64,000 nucleotides of DNA from Takakia lepidozioides (GCA_030704615.1 CM060731.1:54312001-54376000), one strand, 5' to 3'; shown: positions 24,619 to 38,000, counted from the stretch's first letter. Made by a program: numbers and translations. The notes: a model not told the origin generated them from the letters alone.

Positions 24619-27600
24619 ATGGCTTCCTCTGAAGCGGAGTTCTTCTCAGACGACAAACCAGTGCCGTTCTCCCAGGAAGTCCTTGACAATGGATTTGCAA
24701 TTGTTCTGGAACATGTCTTGGCTACCCGTTTTCAGCTGCAGAATGGCTCCATCTTTTTGGAGAAAGAGGTTTACGATCTGAAAGGGAAGTTGGTGAAATA
24801 TTCTTTCCAAAACCGTGATGAGACGGCTCATATCAGCCAGTGGAGAGTGCGTCCTGGTCGATACAGAGTACTTGGAGAGCCTCGGCGAAAGTCCCTTGGG
24901 TCATATGTGACGCCCGGGACTGCTGCTTCGGTCGTTGAAGACAAGAGGGAGGTGGTGGTGAAAAAAGAACAGACTTCCTCCACTCCAATCGTTGAGCTTT
25001 CGGATTCTTCCGATGATGACATAAGTGAAATTCCAAATCCAGTCCTTCCTACTGTGGTTGCAGAAGCTGATGAAGAAGAGATTTGTAGTGTCATTCCAAA
25101 ATTGCGGGCGATGGGAGGAATGGCTGGATTCAAAAGTGAGTTGCGGGGAATTGATTGGGAATCTTTGAAGCAGGTGCCTGTGAAGTTCTTGCCGGAGACT
25201 TTTGATGGCGATATCCTATTCGAGCTGCCTCCTCCTCCGCGAGTTGAGGTGTAACAATCATGATGATGCATGGAATGGACAAGAAACACGACGGGCACCC
25301 GTGGTGCAGAACAAAAACATCCAATATTCAGAATGATGACAAGCTTGTTTTCAGGAGGACAGTTTGCAATGGACACCTTAGGTGTGATAATTTGAATTGC
25401 AGACACTTTCTTCAGTCTGGAGTTCATAATCAAAGCGAATGGGAGGGTCTGGCGGAGAATCCATTTCAGCCTGGGACTGCCCCTCCACCGGCAAACACTT
25501 TCGTCTGCAAATTCTGCAAACTTGTGCCATCCTGCTTGGCGCTCTGCGGAGCAAGAATGTACTATGTTGTCCACCGTTTGAATACAATGACGAGAGCTTG
25601 TGTGCATTTTGGATTCCATAACCATCCTGTCTCGAAGGGGGATTACAGGGAGAGTGTTGAGACAGTATCGAGGTTGATCAAACAGGAGTTCGGGAGAAAC
25701 CCATCCGCAACAACATCTGCAATTGCTCTGGCGCAAGCAAGTCCTTCTTGGAAAGCCATATTTTGAGTGAAGGAGATTCTGTGGGGACTAAACTTGACGG
25801 TGCAGCATTGGACCTGGTCATGGATCATTTCTCCACTTTAAGTTCACCTAACATTCGGCATCAGATCAATGCATTGAGAATGGGCTCTGGGATCAGAGGC
25901 TACATAGACAATATTTTGGAATTGAAACGATGAGCAAGTACGATTACATCCAGGACATGTATTCCCAGGTCAAGGTGCCATCAAAGTTTTTCTTTTCAAA
26001 ATGTCGACTGTTGGGGAGGGCAGTGGGGTTAGCCTCGTGAAGCGGATGCAGAAGACTGGGGACTTGCAGAACTGTTTTCTTATGTTTGATCATGTGAAAC
26101 GAGTGAAGGATTGGACGACAATGGCTTGTCATGTCTACGATCCAGTGTACCAACGAGTTATGACAATTGCAGTTTTGTGACATGCAATCCGAGGATACGG
26201 AATCCCAGAAGCTCATGTGGAATTCCCTGATACGTGTCATGGGCTGCCATGGGCTGCCATCTCCAAATTTCGCAGGTTTCATGGCGGATAGTGCTCAAGC
26301 AAATTTCAATGCTATTCGTATTGTCTTCGGATCGGGCGACCCAAAAGTGCCTATGCCAGGAAGAGAGCGTACATGTCTATTCCATTGGACACAATCTCTG
26401 GAAAAAACATACAAAGTCGGACATCAAACCAGAGATGCAGACTCAGCACCGTAAATGTGCAAAGAGTACAAAGATGCTAGAACAATGAAGGAGGCGGACA
26501 CTTTGTTCCAGACAATTCGTGCCTGGTTCTCTTCTGGAGCTGCATCACTTGAGAGTATGAGAGCATTGGAAGATTGGCTGGCGTTTTGGCACTTCCGGTA
26601 TAGACAGTGGGGAGCAGCCATGACAATGGTACGAGGCTTCTATTTCATGCTTTATTCATACATTTGCTTTTTTCCATATTTTTGACTCATTGCTTTCTTT
26701 ATGTTGTTTCCTGTGCACTATTCTGAAGTGTGGTTATCCTTTGCAGAACATGTCCATTGAGGAAATGGCGGACATGCCATCTTGCAATTTGGCAGAAACT
26801 GTGCACAATGCATGGTTGCAGCAGTCTGGGAAACGAGGTCGGGATTTGTATGTGGCAACAACAGATGATTTGATACGTGCCTTGCAACAACAAACCCGAT
26901 ACCGTGATTTCTTACGAGGTGGGGTTGGTGGCAAGGGTCCGGACAAATCGGAGTTGATGTTGCGTGCTGCAAACAGATCTGGGGATCCAATCAAGATAGC
27001 ACGGGCGGTGAGCATGTATGCCCAGGGAACGCCACTTGTTTCTAGAGTTCCACATCTTGAAGGGGAGGAGAGATTCGGCTCCTGTAAGAGGAAATTGAAC
27101 ACTCCACCTGGTTCGGATTCAGATTCCCACAGGGCAGACCGTGATAACTTCTCGAAGCCTCGTGTTCCCCTGCATGACAGCTCCATGTCCGGAACCTCCA
27201 TTGTGGAGGAACCTCCAACACGACGGCAAGCTCCAGCATCAAACCGTGCCACTGAAATGGTGCAGGAGAGAAACAACCCCCTTGATGTGCTTGAGTCCGC
27301 ATGCCCCGACCACGTTTGGCACATAGAACGCACAAGTGTCGGGTCTCGTGTGAAATGTACAGCGATCAGGGCAACTAATTTCGAGAAGTGCACTTCATCT
27401 ATATCCAGAGGTGGTGCCCGAACTCCTGCTCCGACTTTCACGGGCTTGATGCGTCCATACGGTCAACCAGAAGCCAAGAACCACAAGTTCTGGTTCTGCG
27501 CAGATGATTGTGCCAGATGTGTGCATGGAACTGTGCGTCCTTCCGTAGTGATGAAGCCATCTCCTCCAACCGTTTGGCCCGTGAAGGTGGGAACACATCT

Positions 27601-28115
27601 CAGCTTTCAGGAGATTGAAATGCTGGAGGAGGCAGGTTTTTCCCTTGCGAGACAACCCCAACTCCATGCATGTGCTACTACTCTGCGTCCTCCCGGGTCC
27701 CCCCGGCAAATCCTGACTTGTGGCCAACCAAACGAGATGGAACCCTCCAACCGCTGAACACTTTGGCAAAGTGGAGTCCGCAAGAATGCTCCAAGCTCGT
27801 GTCGGAAGCACCACGGAAGTACCCGATCCAGGATATGGTCGGGTATTCACAATCATCACTTCCACATCTGCTGTTCATGACAGGACCTACGACATCACGG
27901 TTTCCAATTTCCCCAATTGCACATGTCCTGATTTTGTGAATATGCTATCAACCAGTTTGGGCAAGAGAGGTAAATTCATACCCTGCAAACATTTGTATTT
28001 CATATTTTTGAGGAGGATGGTTTGCGATCCCAAACGTGACAACTTCATTCACCAGGCCACTATGAGTTTCAACGAGGTCGATACTCTTTTGCAGCGGGAT
28101 ACAACACATGGGTAG
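24619..28115 (+). pseudogene. MULE transposase with GCM-like zinc-binding DNA-binding domain and C-terminal SWIM finger
   Basis: GCM-like CNGHLRCDNLNC...CKFC...CGAR...HFGFHNHP; DDE core FDH...FMADSAQANFNAI...CLFHW...NLAET; SWIM CTCPDF...PCKHLYF; intron ~26629-26746; stops and frameshifts. Confidence 0.85.
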
Positions 28116-28826
28116 CATGAACTATGTAATGTGGTATGTGGATGACCATGATTTGAAATGTGTAATTCACATCAATTCGTCGGCTGTGCAATGATATGGC
28201 CTCCAACTATACGGAGTGAGGTCAAGATGATCATAACTCTCATTGTTATTTGAGGAGGGAGGAAGTCTTCTCGTGGCAGCCTTTATGGCGCACACTTTGT
28301 GAGGATATTTTGTCGTCTTCGTAATTGTAAAAGTGAAACAAACATTTGTAATTGCACAATGTTGGATGCTGCAATTGTAGGCCTCAACGCTCGTCTTGAT
28401 TCTATTTAGGCAAGATTCCCTGCATTAATTCCACGGTCATAGGACCATCCACGGTTATAGGCGGCGCATGTTAATGCTGACGTGGCAGTTGACGGACAGT
28501 GCCACGTCATCATTTACCGCCACATCAGCATGCTGACATGACGCTCACGCCACGTCAGCATGTGTGCAGGCTCACGCCACGTCAGCTGGCGTGAGCGTAC
28601 GCTCACGCCACGTCACTCCTGCGTGAGCGTACGCTCGCGCGCTCACGTGCAACGCTCACGCCATTGCGTCGTTGTACCTGTGGCTAAAGAATCCAGGACA
28701 TCTCACGAAACTCTGCTTCATGATGCCAAGTACACATACCAGAATGTCAGTAAGTCCTGGGTCAATTATGGAAATACTAGCAGCACCATCCAAACATCCC
28801 GCACCGTTGCCACGGCCAAGCAACCC

Positions 28827-31196
28827 TCTTGGCCAAGCCATTAGCCTCGGGATGATCCCGAGAAGTAGTGCGGTGATCTATCAAGGCTTGCTCACACAAA
28901 GCCTGAAACTCCCCAAGAATTCTCTCCCCTGGTCCGTGAGTACCTCGGCTGGAGCACCAAATTGGCTAAGCACTCGATCTAAGAATGCATACGCAGCCCC
29001 CTCACTTTCCTTGTCAGGCAATGCCACTAGTTCAATCCATTTGGAGAAATGTTCCACCATCACCAGCACATACTTGTTATGGCGAATCGTCAGTGGCAAT
29101 GGGCTTGCGAAGTCAAGTCTCCAACGATAGCCCAAACCCATAATGGGTAAATGATGCAATTGTGGAGTAGGTGCATTGAAAGAAGCCCGCACTCTATCAC
29201 ACACCATGCACCTTGCCACTAACTGTTGCACATCCATGTGCATGCCCCGCCACCAATATTTTCATTGCAGCAAACTATGAGTGCGCCACACCCCAAAATG
29301 TCCCAACTCCTCATGGGCATGGCGTATCAATCGTGCTCGTTGTGTTGGATGAGGCACAATCCTCACTCGTCCATCCTCCTATACTCGGAGTAGGTGAGTC
29401 CCCTCCCACTTGAATCTCTTGGCTCGTTGTAGGACCAGATCTCTCTCCTTAGCAGTCACACTGGCTGCTGTCTCTCCGGTACGAAGGTATGCCAACATTG
29501 CTGCATCTTCATGCACATCCTTAGCACCACCAAACACCTCACTAGTCTCTGGATTGTCATGCACGCTATCTACATGACCTATCGTCTGGGATGGACTAGC
29601 TTGAGCTCCCATTGCTAGAATGCACAAAAAGGCAGATGCATGCCATCCTGGCACCATCTCCTCATCCGTCTTAGCATGCCACCGAGCTCCAGTATCATCA
29701 TGCTCGCTCGTGCATGGATTACGACTCAATCCATCTGCATCCCGATTGACTATACCGGCTCGATGCACCACCTGGAAGTTGTACTCTTGAAGCATAAGTG
29801 CCCACCGTGCAAGCTTCCCTGTAAGCTTGTCTAACTCCATCAACCACTTCAATGGTTGGTGATCCGCGACAAGGGTGAAGAGATTGCCATAGAGGTAGCA
29901 TCTAAAATATGCCACTGCCCATACTGCAGCCAGACACTCCCCTTCATAGGAACTATACTTCGCCTCGGCATCATTGTTCGAGCGGCTAGCATATGCCACG
30001 ATGAACTCTCTTCCCTCATCATCCACATGTGTGAGCACTGTTCCAATCCCCAGCATACTCCAATCCGTATGTAGCTGGAAAGACCGCCCCCGAATAGGCC
30101 GCCTCAGAATAGGCGCAAAAGTCAATCGAGCCTTGAGTTCCTCAAAGGCTTCCTCCTACTCCTCCTCCCAATGCCACTCCTGACCCACCTTGGTCAACTT
30201 GGTAAGAGCCTTTGCAATGCTGGTAAATCGTTGACAAACCGTCGATAGTAGTTTGCCAACCCCATGAAAGCACGAACTATGCTTACATCTATGGGGCGTG
30301 GAATGCGTGCAATGGCCTCCACCTTTGTCTGTTGAATACCCAATCCTCCAGGATATATCATGTGGCCCAGATACTCAATTATCGTGAAAGAACTTGCACT
30401 TTCCAGGGTGTAGTCTCAATCCATGCGCCCTCAAACGCTCAAACACCACCTGAAGGTGTTTCTCATGCTCCTCAACCGTGGCACTAAAGATGATGATATC
30501 ATCAATGTAGCACCGGGCAAAGTCTAGCCCTGCAAGAATCCTATCCATAACCCTCTGAAACTCTGCAGGAGCATTTTTCAACCCAAACGGTAGGAACCAC
30601 CATTGGTACAAGCAATCCTTCCCATGTTGGTCAATCCCCCAGAATGCCGTCTTTTGCTTGTCAGCCTCTTTGATTGGCAATTGGTGCTAACCGGATTGCA
30701 AGTCCAATGTGCTAAACACCTTTGCATGCCCAATGGCATCAAAGATCTCCTCTGGAGTTGGCATGGCATATCTATCGGACTTAGTTTGACGGTTCACAGG
30801 ACGGTAGTCCCCACACATCCTCCTTTCTGTCCAATTGCCATAGATATCCTTCTTAGCTGGCATCACCGTTGCCGAGGCATACTCCCCGCCTGACAACTCC
30901 ACCAATCCAGCTTCGAACAACTCTACAGTCCGTGACTAGATCAAAGACCTCTCCATATCACTATACCTGTAGGGCCTTCGAAAGATTGGTGTGTCACTTG
31001 CCAAATCAATACGAATCTCCTGACCCTTCAAACTCCCCAAATCCTTCAAATTGAAGGCAAAGTAATTTCTATAAGCTCTTAGAAATCGCTGGATCATCCG
31101 TTTCTCTCCTCTGGTGACTGTAGGTCCAACATCTGGTTCCCAATTGTCCTCAGTGACTGCAAGCTTGGGTACACCAGGCTTGGAGATAGGAGACAA
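28827..31196 (-). pseudogene. RT, RNase H and integrase core of family B
   Basis: RRMCGDYRPVN, LPFGLKNAPAEFQR, YIDD; LHTDWS...YEGECLA...DHQPL; HHCC zinc finger, LDFASPLP, TDQGREF. Confidence 0.95.
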
Positions 31197-31199
31197 ATC

Positions 31200-31881
31200 C
31201 TTTGGTTGCTAGATAGCAACATCTTGGGCCTTGTCCGCCCAATCTGACTGTGGCGTAGACATTGTCTCTAAAAGCATGAGACGAGGGAAAGCTCATGAGC
31301 GTAGGCAAGGCTGCGCGTGGCTGCCCCACTCGATTTACCACTGCTAGAGGTGGACGGTCATCATGTCGCACCCTCTGTGGTTGCCTCCTTTGGTCCAAAA
31401 TGCCTTCAACCGTGAGGTTGGGTGGCCGTTGAATGGAATCATAGGCTCTCTTGAGCAACTCTGGTGGTGCAAGATTGGTCCACCACAACCTAGGCCTATG
31501 TGCCCGTGAACCCACTGCAGCTGCATCCAACAATACAGCTGGTCCAATCCATGACCGGATCTGATGCACACTGGCCATAATCCTGGCCCGAGAATCCCCC
31601 ATGAGAGGAACATTCTCTAGGATATAAGCTGGTGGTTGCACTTGCCTCACCTGAAGTCGCGCAACACTCGCAACATCTCCCAAAACAAATGCGATTGTGC
31701 ATCATGCAAGCCATTCCCATGACCTGCGGGAGAGTGTCATTGGCAATGCCATCCAACTATCACCATGTCAATGGAACCATACCGGTCCAAATCATCCACC
31801 CCCAGCAAGGTAATGTCTGCTGGCAAGGCCTTTTGATATCCTTGAATTGCTGAGAGAGACAACAACTCAGGATACTGGTGT
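31200..31881 (-). pseudogene. C5-cytosine DNA methyltransferase domain, C-terminal part (motifs IV, VI, VIII)
   Basis: IDMVIVGWHCQ* (canonical GxPCQG), YILENVP, LDAAAVGSRAHRPRLWWTNL; motifs IX/X not seen. Confidence 0.88.
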
Positions 31882-32639
31882 CACTAGAAGCATTCGTGTC
31901 TTTTCCGAATCGACTGCATGTCCAAAACCACCGAGGGAACAACTTTGAGATGTTTGTTACTACTGCACAGTCGTAACGGATAAATTCACATTTCTAATGG
32001 GATAGAAGTTGCATCAATGACTCCGCAGTCGGCACATATTTCGCGGCGATTTAATTCAATTACGTAAATTGTTTTTTTTTAAACATCAATTACAAGTGGT
32101 TTTAAGCACTAGAGAACGACTCTTAACAACTAGGCATTCATTGCACACCCTATTCAAAAATGGAATTTTTATAAGTGCTCCACATGACTCATGACGTGGA
32201 ATATTTTAATGTATTTTAGGGCTTGTGTGGCTCGTAGAGATTGTTCTAATCGTCGGATGTAAAATGATCTAAGGGTGGAAGAGTAACTTTGTCCTTTGCC
32301 TGAATTTGTCTAAGTGTTGGGAGAGGGATGGAGGCTTGAGAGAGAGACGAACAAAGTGATGCGAGAAGGACGAAGACCAAATCGAGGCCCATGTCCTGTT
32401 GTTGCAAGGTTTAGGCGTCAAGGGGCATTATGTGCAAATGTGGGCTCTTGGCTCCCCTTTGTACCATGATTGGTATTCTTCCTGATGATCACAAGGTTCT
32501 TGGGGGAATCAGCTTGGTCTTAGCAACCCATATTTTATCTCTGCCCGCTCAGCTGCACCGTGGTGGTTCTTACGAACCAATCCCATATTACCTGACTAGA
32601 GATACAAGCAGCACCCAAAGCTGGAACTGTACCAGATGT

Positions 32640-33105
32640 AACAATACCTCGTCGACATGTATGCCAAACGTGGGAGCATTCCCTTGTGGACAAGGAGTGT
32701 TTAACAATATGGCTGAGCGAAATGTGGTGTGGTGGAACGTGATGATCGCAGGACATGCACAACATGGGCGGGGATTGCAGGTTTTGGAGACCTATGAGCA
32801 AATGATGTGGGTCTAGGGGGTGAAGCCCGAGCACATTACGTTTGTTTGTGTTTGTAGTGCATGTGCGAGCCTGTTGGAGAAGGGCAAAGAGGTCCATGGT
32901 TGCATCGTCAAAGCTGGAATTGTGGTAGATGTCATTCTGAACATGAATACCCTTCTAGATAGGGAGTGTTCAACAATATGGCTGAGCGAAATGTTGTCGT
33001 GGAAAGTGATGATCGCAGGACATGCACAACAGGGGCGGGGATTGCAGGTTTTGGAGACCTATGAGAGTTGATGTGGGAGGGGGTGAAGTCCGACCACATT
33101 ACGTT
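32640..33105 (+). pseudogene. PLS-PPR fragments inside the CACTA
   Basis: [52 protein letters not shown]. Confidence 0.85.
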
Positions 33106-35329
33106 CAGAGAGTTCAAATGCCTCTCCACCATGACCTTGCTTAGCTAACCATGCCTTGCTGATGTTGTTGTCTTGCACTTGAGCTGTTTTTGGACACTGG
33201 CTGGAACATCCACAAGGCGGCTCTGCTCGAGAGAGAAATCAGCTTGAATGCAGGGGCAGATTTTGAGATCACAATCGCCACTCAGAACGTTGTTCTTTGC
33301 ACCGGCATGGCATGTCAACATGCATATCAGCCCAAACTCATTACTCCGTGAGCTTCCACTGTCGGAGTGTGCCCATTCAAGCCAGATCTTCGAAACGCAG
33401 GGATGGAACGGGGTTTTGAAACCAGCATTGCTAATTGGATACCCAATTCAGCTCCGCATCTTGGTCCATTAATCTGCTGCACATTGTGAAGTTTTTCTGC
33501 CCGTTCACGCAAGTTGAAGAAGGAGTATTCTTAAAACACGGGTACTCATAATCTGAAAATGATCCAGTTTATGTTGCTTGAGTGCGAATATGAGTGTGGT
33601 TGGCTTGGCAGCTTTACATCTGGTCCATCCCACTCGATATGATGAGCAGGTTCAGCTTGACTTCTCTCAACAAAAGACGCTGCCAAGATGGGGTTTGCTG
33701 CCCTAGATGACTTCCCGTCGTTGTTCTAGGCTGCAACATACAATTAATCTGGCCCATGGCGAGGGGCCTTGCCTTCCACCAATCATCTGTAAGTCCCGTG
33801 AAACTATTTTTGTGGCAGTTTGTAAGCAGTGGGCAGCGATGGTGGGCTGTTGTAGGATTTGATGAACTCAATGCCGTGTACTGACAGCAACCCCTCATCT
33901 CTTATGTAAGCATTCAACAAGCCAAGTTGACTGCAGAGCATATTCAGCCCCCCACGTTTCTAGTTGCCTAATGTTCTTCATCTCCTGGGCAGAGCATTTT
34001 CCAGGGTCTCCATTTGTGATGACACACTATCTTCTCATGTGGTTCAGCTTTTGGTCTTGCTCTTGTTTGCACCACCCCAATGAAGGGCAGTTCCCACCTG
34101 CTTGATTCTCTCTATATGGTTGTCTTGGGTCTTGGCAGGGTTCCCACAACCCGCCTTTCCTTTTCAGACTGCCAGTCATCAGCCTCGTTCTCCAATGCTT
34201 CACTTTCTTCCCAAGTGAAGTGCTCTCCTCTTTTATGCTTCAACGTCCCTCGCAGATGTCTTTTCCTTCATCTCTGTGGTGCTTTCGAATGAATGAGCAC
34301 TGATTTACATCTGTTGGCAACACTTACGGTGTCCCTTTCCTTTGCATGCCACTGCAGGCCCGCATTGACTTTCTTGGCAGGGAAGTCTCCTCCTTCTCCC
34401 TCATTTTCTGGCTCTGTTGGTGCCCTCACCATGCTATCAGGGCTGCACTTATTTTGTGTTGTTGCGCCAGCCAAGGGCGATCTTTCACTGGTCCGATTGT
34501 TGGCAACAGCTGATTGGAGTCTTCTTGGCAGAGTCTCCACGAGCTCCCATCAATTTCAGGCATCAGGTTTTCTACCCTGCCCTTCCACTTTTCATAAGCG
34601 AGGTGCCTGTCTTCCTCCCTTTCACTCTTCAGCCTCTCAGGCAGATTTTTCTTCATGCGATTGCTGCTCCCATACTTCCAGTCCTTGTTTAATTTTCTCC
34701 AGCCATCACCCTCAGATTTGACAAGGTATTGCTGCCCTTCCTTGTGTCTTTCCTCACTCCCAGCTGCTGGTTTTATCCCGATTCACCTCTCATCCTTGCC
34801 TGGGGTTTTGCTTGCCAAACAGCCCTTGTGTGGGGAACTTCAACGAAAGGCAACATCTCATTCTCAGCTCCTGTCTTTGTACCTCTTTGCAGCAGTCCAG
34901 CCTCGGGTGCCTCACTTTCTGATTGCTGGTTGCATTCTTCGCCGCCAACCTTTGACAAGAAAGTGTGCTCCATCTTCCTCATCTCCTACTGGTTCCCTTG
35001 ATGCTTCACCTCGTATCTCTCGTATGTCTTCCTCCTCATGTTTTAGCAGCAGCTCCCATGCTTGAATTGCTACTTTTCCTCGTAGTTGATCTTGTGCTTT
35101 CCTTTTTCTCCGTAGCCTAATCAACAGTTTTGTCTTGGCAGCTCCCTTGCCATGAGTGCCTTGTCTCACTGCATCTCCAGTGCCCTCACTGCATTCCTGT
35201 GGAGTCTTTTTTGCACTATTCTGACCCTCGTGGCATGCACTTTTGCTGCGATGCCCCACATGTATGCTGCTCCCTTTAATCATCAACATAGTGCTCCAGA
35301 GCCAGTTCCTCATTGTTGACCAGTTGACC

Positions 35330-35600
35330 TTTCAGCCCTTGGACCCCATTTTCCCTTCTCCCATGTTGCCTCGTCTTTCTGCTTCATCATTTGCTTTACT
35401 TGCACGATGTTGCTTCTTCCCTACAGTTGTGGCTCTTTCCCATGTTGCACTCACTCCCATCATACGTTGTGCAGTTGATAAGACTGAGATGAGTTGATGC
35501 AGGATAGGGGGAGGGCTTGCTGGTGTATGTTGTCCGATAGGCCCCATGCACAGAGTCAAAGCTGGAAGTCAGCCTTGCAAGGACCCAAGTGAGAGAAGTC
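35330..35600 (-). pseudogene. Possible copia-type gag remnant inside the CACTA
   Basis: LTWVLARLTSSFDSV...LHQLISVL followed by a degenerate CCHC-like NCxKKQHRASK. Confidence 0.3.
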
Positions 35601-35774
35601 TGGTGGGGTAGCATCTTGGGGGATGGCAGTTAGGGCAATGTGTGTCTAGGGCAATATATGTCATAGCAGCGGGTGATGTGCTGCCAATTTTGAGGATAGA
35701 GACAGCCTGTAAGCTGTAGATTTGTATAAGTGGTTTCTTCTGACACATATTGCTCCCAGTTTGCCACAACCAGT

Positions 35775-37020
35775 TGTTTGCGTTTGTAGTGCATGTGCGA
35801 GCCTGCTAGGGAAGGGCAAAGAGGTCCATGGTTGCATCGTCAAAGCTGGAATTGTGGCAGATGTCATTCTGAACAATACCCTTTGGACAGGGAGTGTTCA
35901 ACAATATGGCTGAGCGAAGGATAGAGTGTAATGACTGCTAATGAAGGCACCTTCTTCAATTTCACCTTGTTTTCCCCTCTTATCAGAATCACCCCTAATT
36001 ATTCATGTCTGAATTCTGCAAGTTAGCTGGTTGAGTGAAGCTTTGATAGTTTGGAGTGACTTTGACATGATTCTGCCAATGTGACAACAGGAAAGTATCA
36101 GAAACAGGTAACACAGACGAGGAGAAGTTGTGGAATGAATATTTTTCTGACCCCAGTCAATGGTGGGACAATCGAGGCAAGAAGGTGAATGTTTGTTGGA
36201 TTATAGAGAGTAGCAGATGCAATTGAGCATAGGAACTAGTGTGATAAGTTGAGTTGGGTGCTTCCTAGAACAAGTCTAGGCTGTCATCGTCAACTGCTAG
36301 CAACAAGGCAAGGTTGTATGCATGATTCGTGCGAGGCATGGATAGTTGAAGGAGCAAGGATAGAGTGTGGGTGCAGATTCACCCAAGAGGGCCAGACTTC
36401 AAGCTCCAGATTAACTATGAAGCTACAAGAAACCTGCATGGGTAGATGGTCAACTGGCAGCAACGGCACAATTGATAAAATCAGACATTGTTAATGAAGG
36501 CATCTTCTTCAGCACATTTCACCCTGTTTTTCCCTCTTATTAGAATCGGTCCAAAATTTCCATGTTGAATTATGCAAGTTAACTGGTTGAGTGAATCTAG
36601 TTTGGAGTGACTTTGACATGATACTGCTATGTGACAACAGGAAAGTATCAAAAAACAAGTAACAGACATGAGGAGAAGCTGTGGAATGAATACTTTTCTG
36701 CCCCCAGTCAATGATGGGACAACCAAGGCAAAAAGGTGAATGTCTGCTACATTTCAGAGAGTAGCAGACGCAATTGAGCATAGGAACTAGTGTGAAAAGC
36801 TGAGTTGGGTGTTTCCTAGAACAAATGTAGGTTGTCATTGTCAGCTACTAGCAGCAAGGCAAGGATGAATGCATGATTTGTGCAGGGGCATGGATAGCTG
36901 AAGGAGCAGGGATAGAGTGTGGTCCAGATTCATCCTAGAGGGCCAAATTTCAAGCAAAAGATTTACCTATGATTCCCTGTGGATCAATAACTACAAGAAA
37001 CCTCCATGTGAGATGGTCTA
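35775..37020 (+). pseudogene. PPR fragment plus two tandem PDF-motif exon-intron-exon modules inside the CACTA
   Basis: EKLWNEYFSDPSQWWDNRGKK|GT at 36119-36184, then AG|IHPRGPDFK at ~36377; second copy at ~36670-36960. Confidence 0.8.
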
Positions 37021-37843
37021 TTCCGTGGAACTCACTGAAGTCTTGCATTATGAGGATTAGAACTGCTTGACTTGCACGAGGCCTTGACCCTTAGGCAATC
37101 CCCAGAGCAGCAGTAGCTTTTGGGCTGCTTTTTTACTTTGTGTTTTTCATTTTGTCCCATAAGCTCTTTGAGCTTTCCGCAGATGTAATAAAGTACCATT
37201 TTGTTTCATTTCATTCATTTTCATTTCATTTTGTTTCATGGCATGTCTTTCATCGTTTGTGCATTTCTAATGCATGATTAGTTCTCTTGTATGGCATTAC
37301 TAGTCGACTCACTACAAACACCAAAACTCCAAAGCATGAATCACTATGAATGATTGTTCAAGTACTTTCAAGCACTTCATGTAAAGTAGTAAAGCAGTGG
37401 TTGCGCCAACTTCCGCAGTCGCAATTGCCACTGGGCATGTAGCACTGCAAGCTATGTGGTCTACTACCACGTGGCAGTAGTGGTGCTCGTCGTGGTGCCG
37501 CCACGTCGGCATCCACATCGTCGTCCACGTCCGCGTCCACGTGTCACCGCGCTTCAGTGAGTCGGTCCACTCATCCGGAGGGAAAAGTCAAAGTCAGCCC
37601 AAAAGGTCAGACACACGGGCGGCCCGCCTGGTTACGCCACGTGGTTCTTCAGCATTAATTGCATTAATCGCTGAACAGTTGTTCGTGCGTCTGCGTCCTT
37701 TACCACTCCAATCATTGGATGTCCAACCCAACTACTACGTCTGTTGTAACTGCCAGTCGATCCCATTTTTTTGACTTTTACGACTCAAAATGAGTCGTTA
37801 CCCCAGTGGTAAATGACACGAATGCTTCTAGTGTGTGTGAGCA

Positions 37844-38000
37844 AGGCAATGTGACGCATAGAAATACGCCGAATTATCTCATCCTTCTCCACATACAAGT
37901 ACTTGCGTACTTTAATCCCTGCTTGCAATACTCCTGCAAGCCCAGTGCTCATGCCTCCAAACAAGTCTAGCAAACAAATCCCTGAGTCAGGTGGTTGCCA
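37844..38000 (-). pseudogene. C5-DNA methyltransferase domain, N-terminal part (motifs I-II)
   Basis: CLLDLFGGMSTGLAGVLQAGIKVRKYLYVEKD; joins 31881 after removing the CACTA and one TSD. Confidence 0.88.

Larger units (their letters stand above)
17469..28674 (+). mobile_element. Mutator-like (MULE) DNA transposon, 11.2 kb
   Basis: 9-bp TSD TACCTGTGG at 17460-17468 and 28675-28683; imperfect ~45-bp TIRs (CAnnGAnGCnnnGGCGTGAGC...CACGTGAGCGCG); subterminal GCCACGTCA repeats; MULE transposase inside. Confidence 0.88.
31882..37843. mobile_element. Non-autonomous CACTA (EnSpm) element with captured gene fragments
   Basis: Perfect 19-bp TIR CACTAGAAGCATTCGTGTC (31882-31900 / 37825-37843); 3-bp TSD TGT; no transposase seen. 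Confidence 0.95.

Noticed and set aside
37310-37320. Additional CACTA starts (CACTACAAAC; also CACTACTAG at ~57132)
   Set aside because: No matching inverted terminus or TSD found.
31200-38000. Host DRM/DNMT3 gene
   Set aside because: Intronless and collinear within the gypsy pol between protease and RT; no host regulatory domains.
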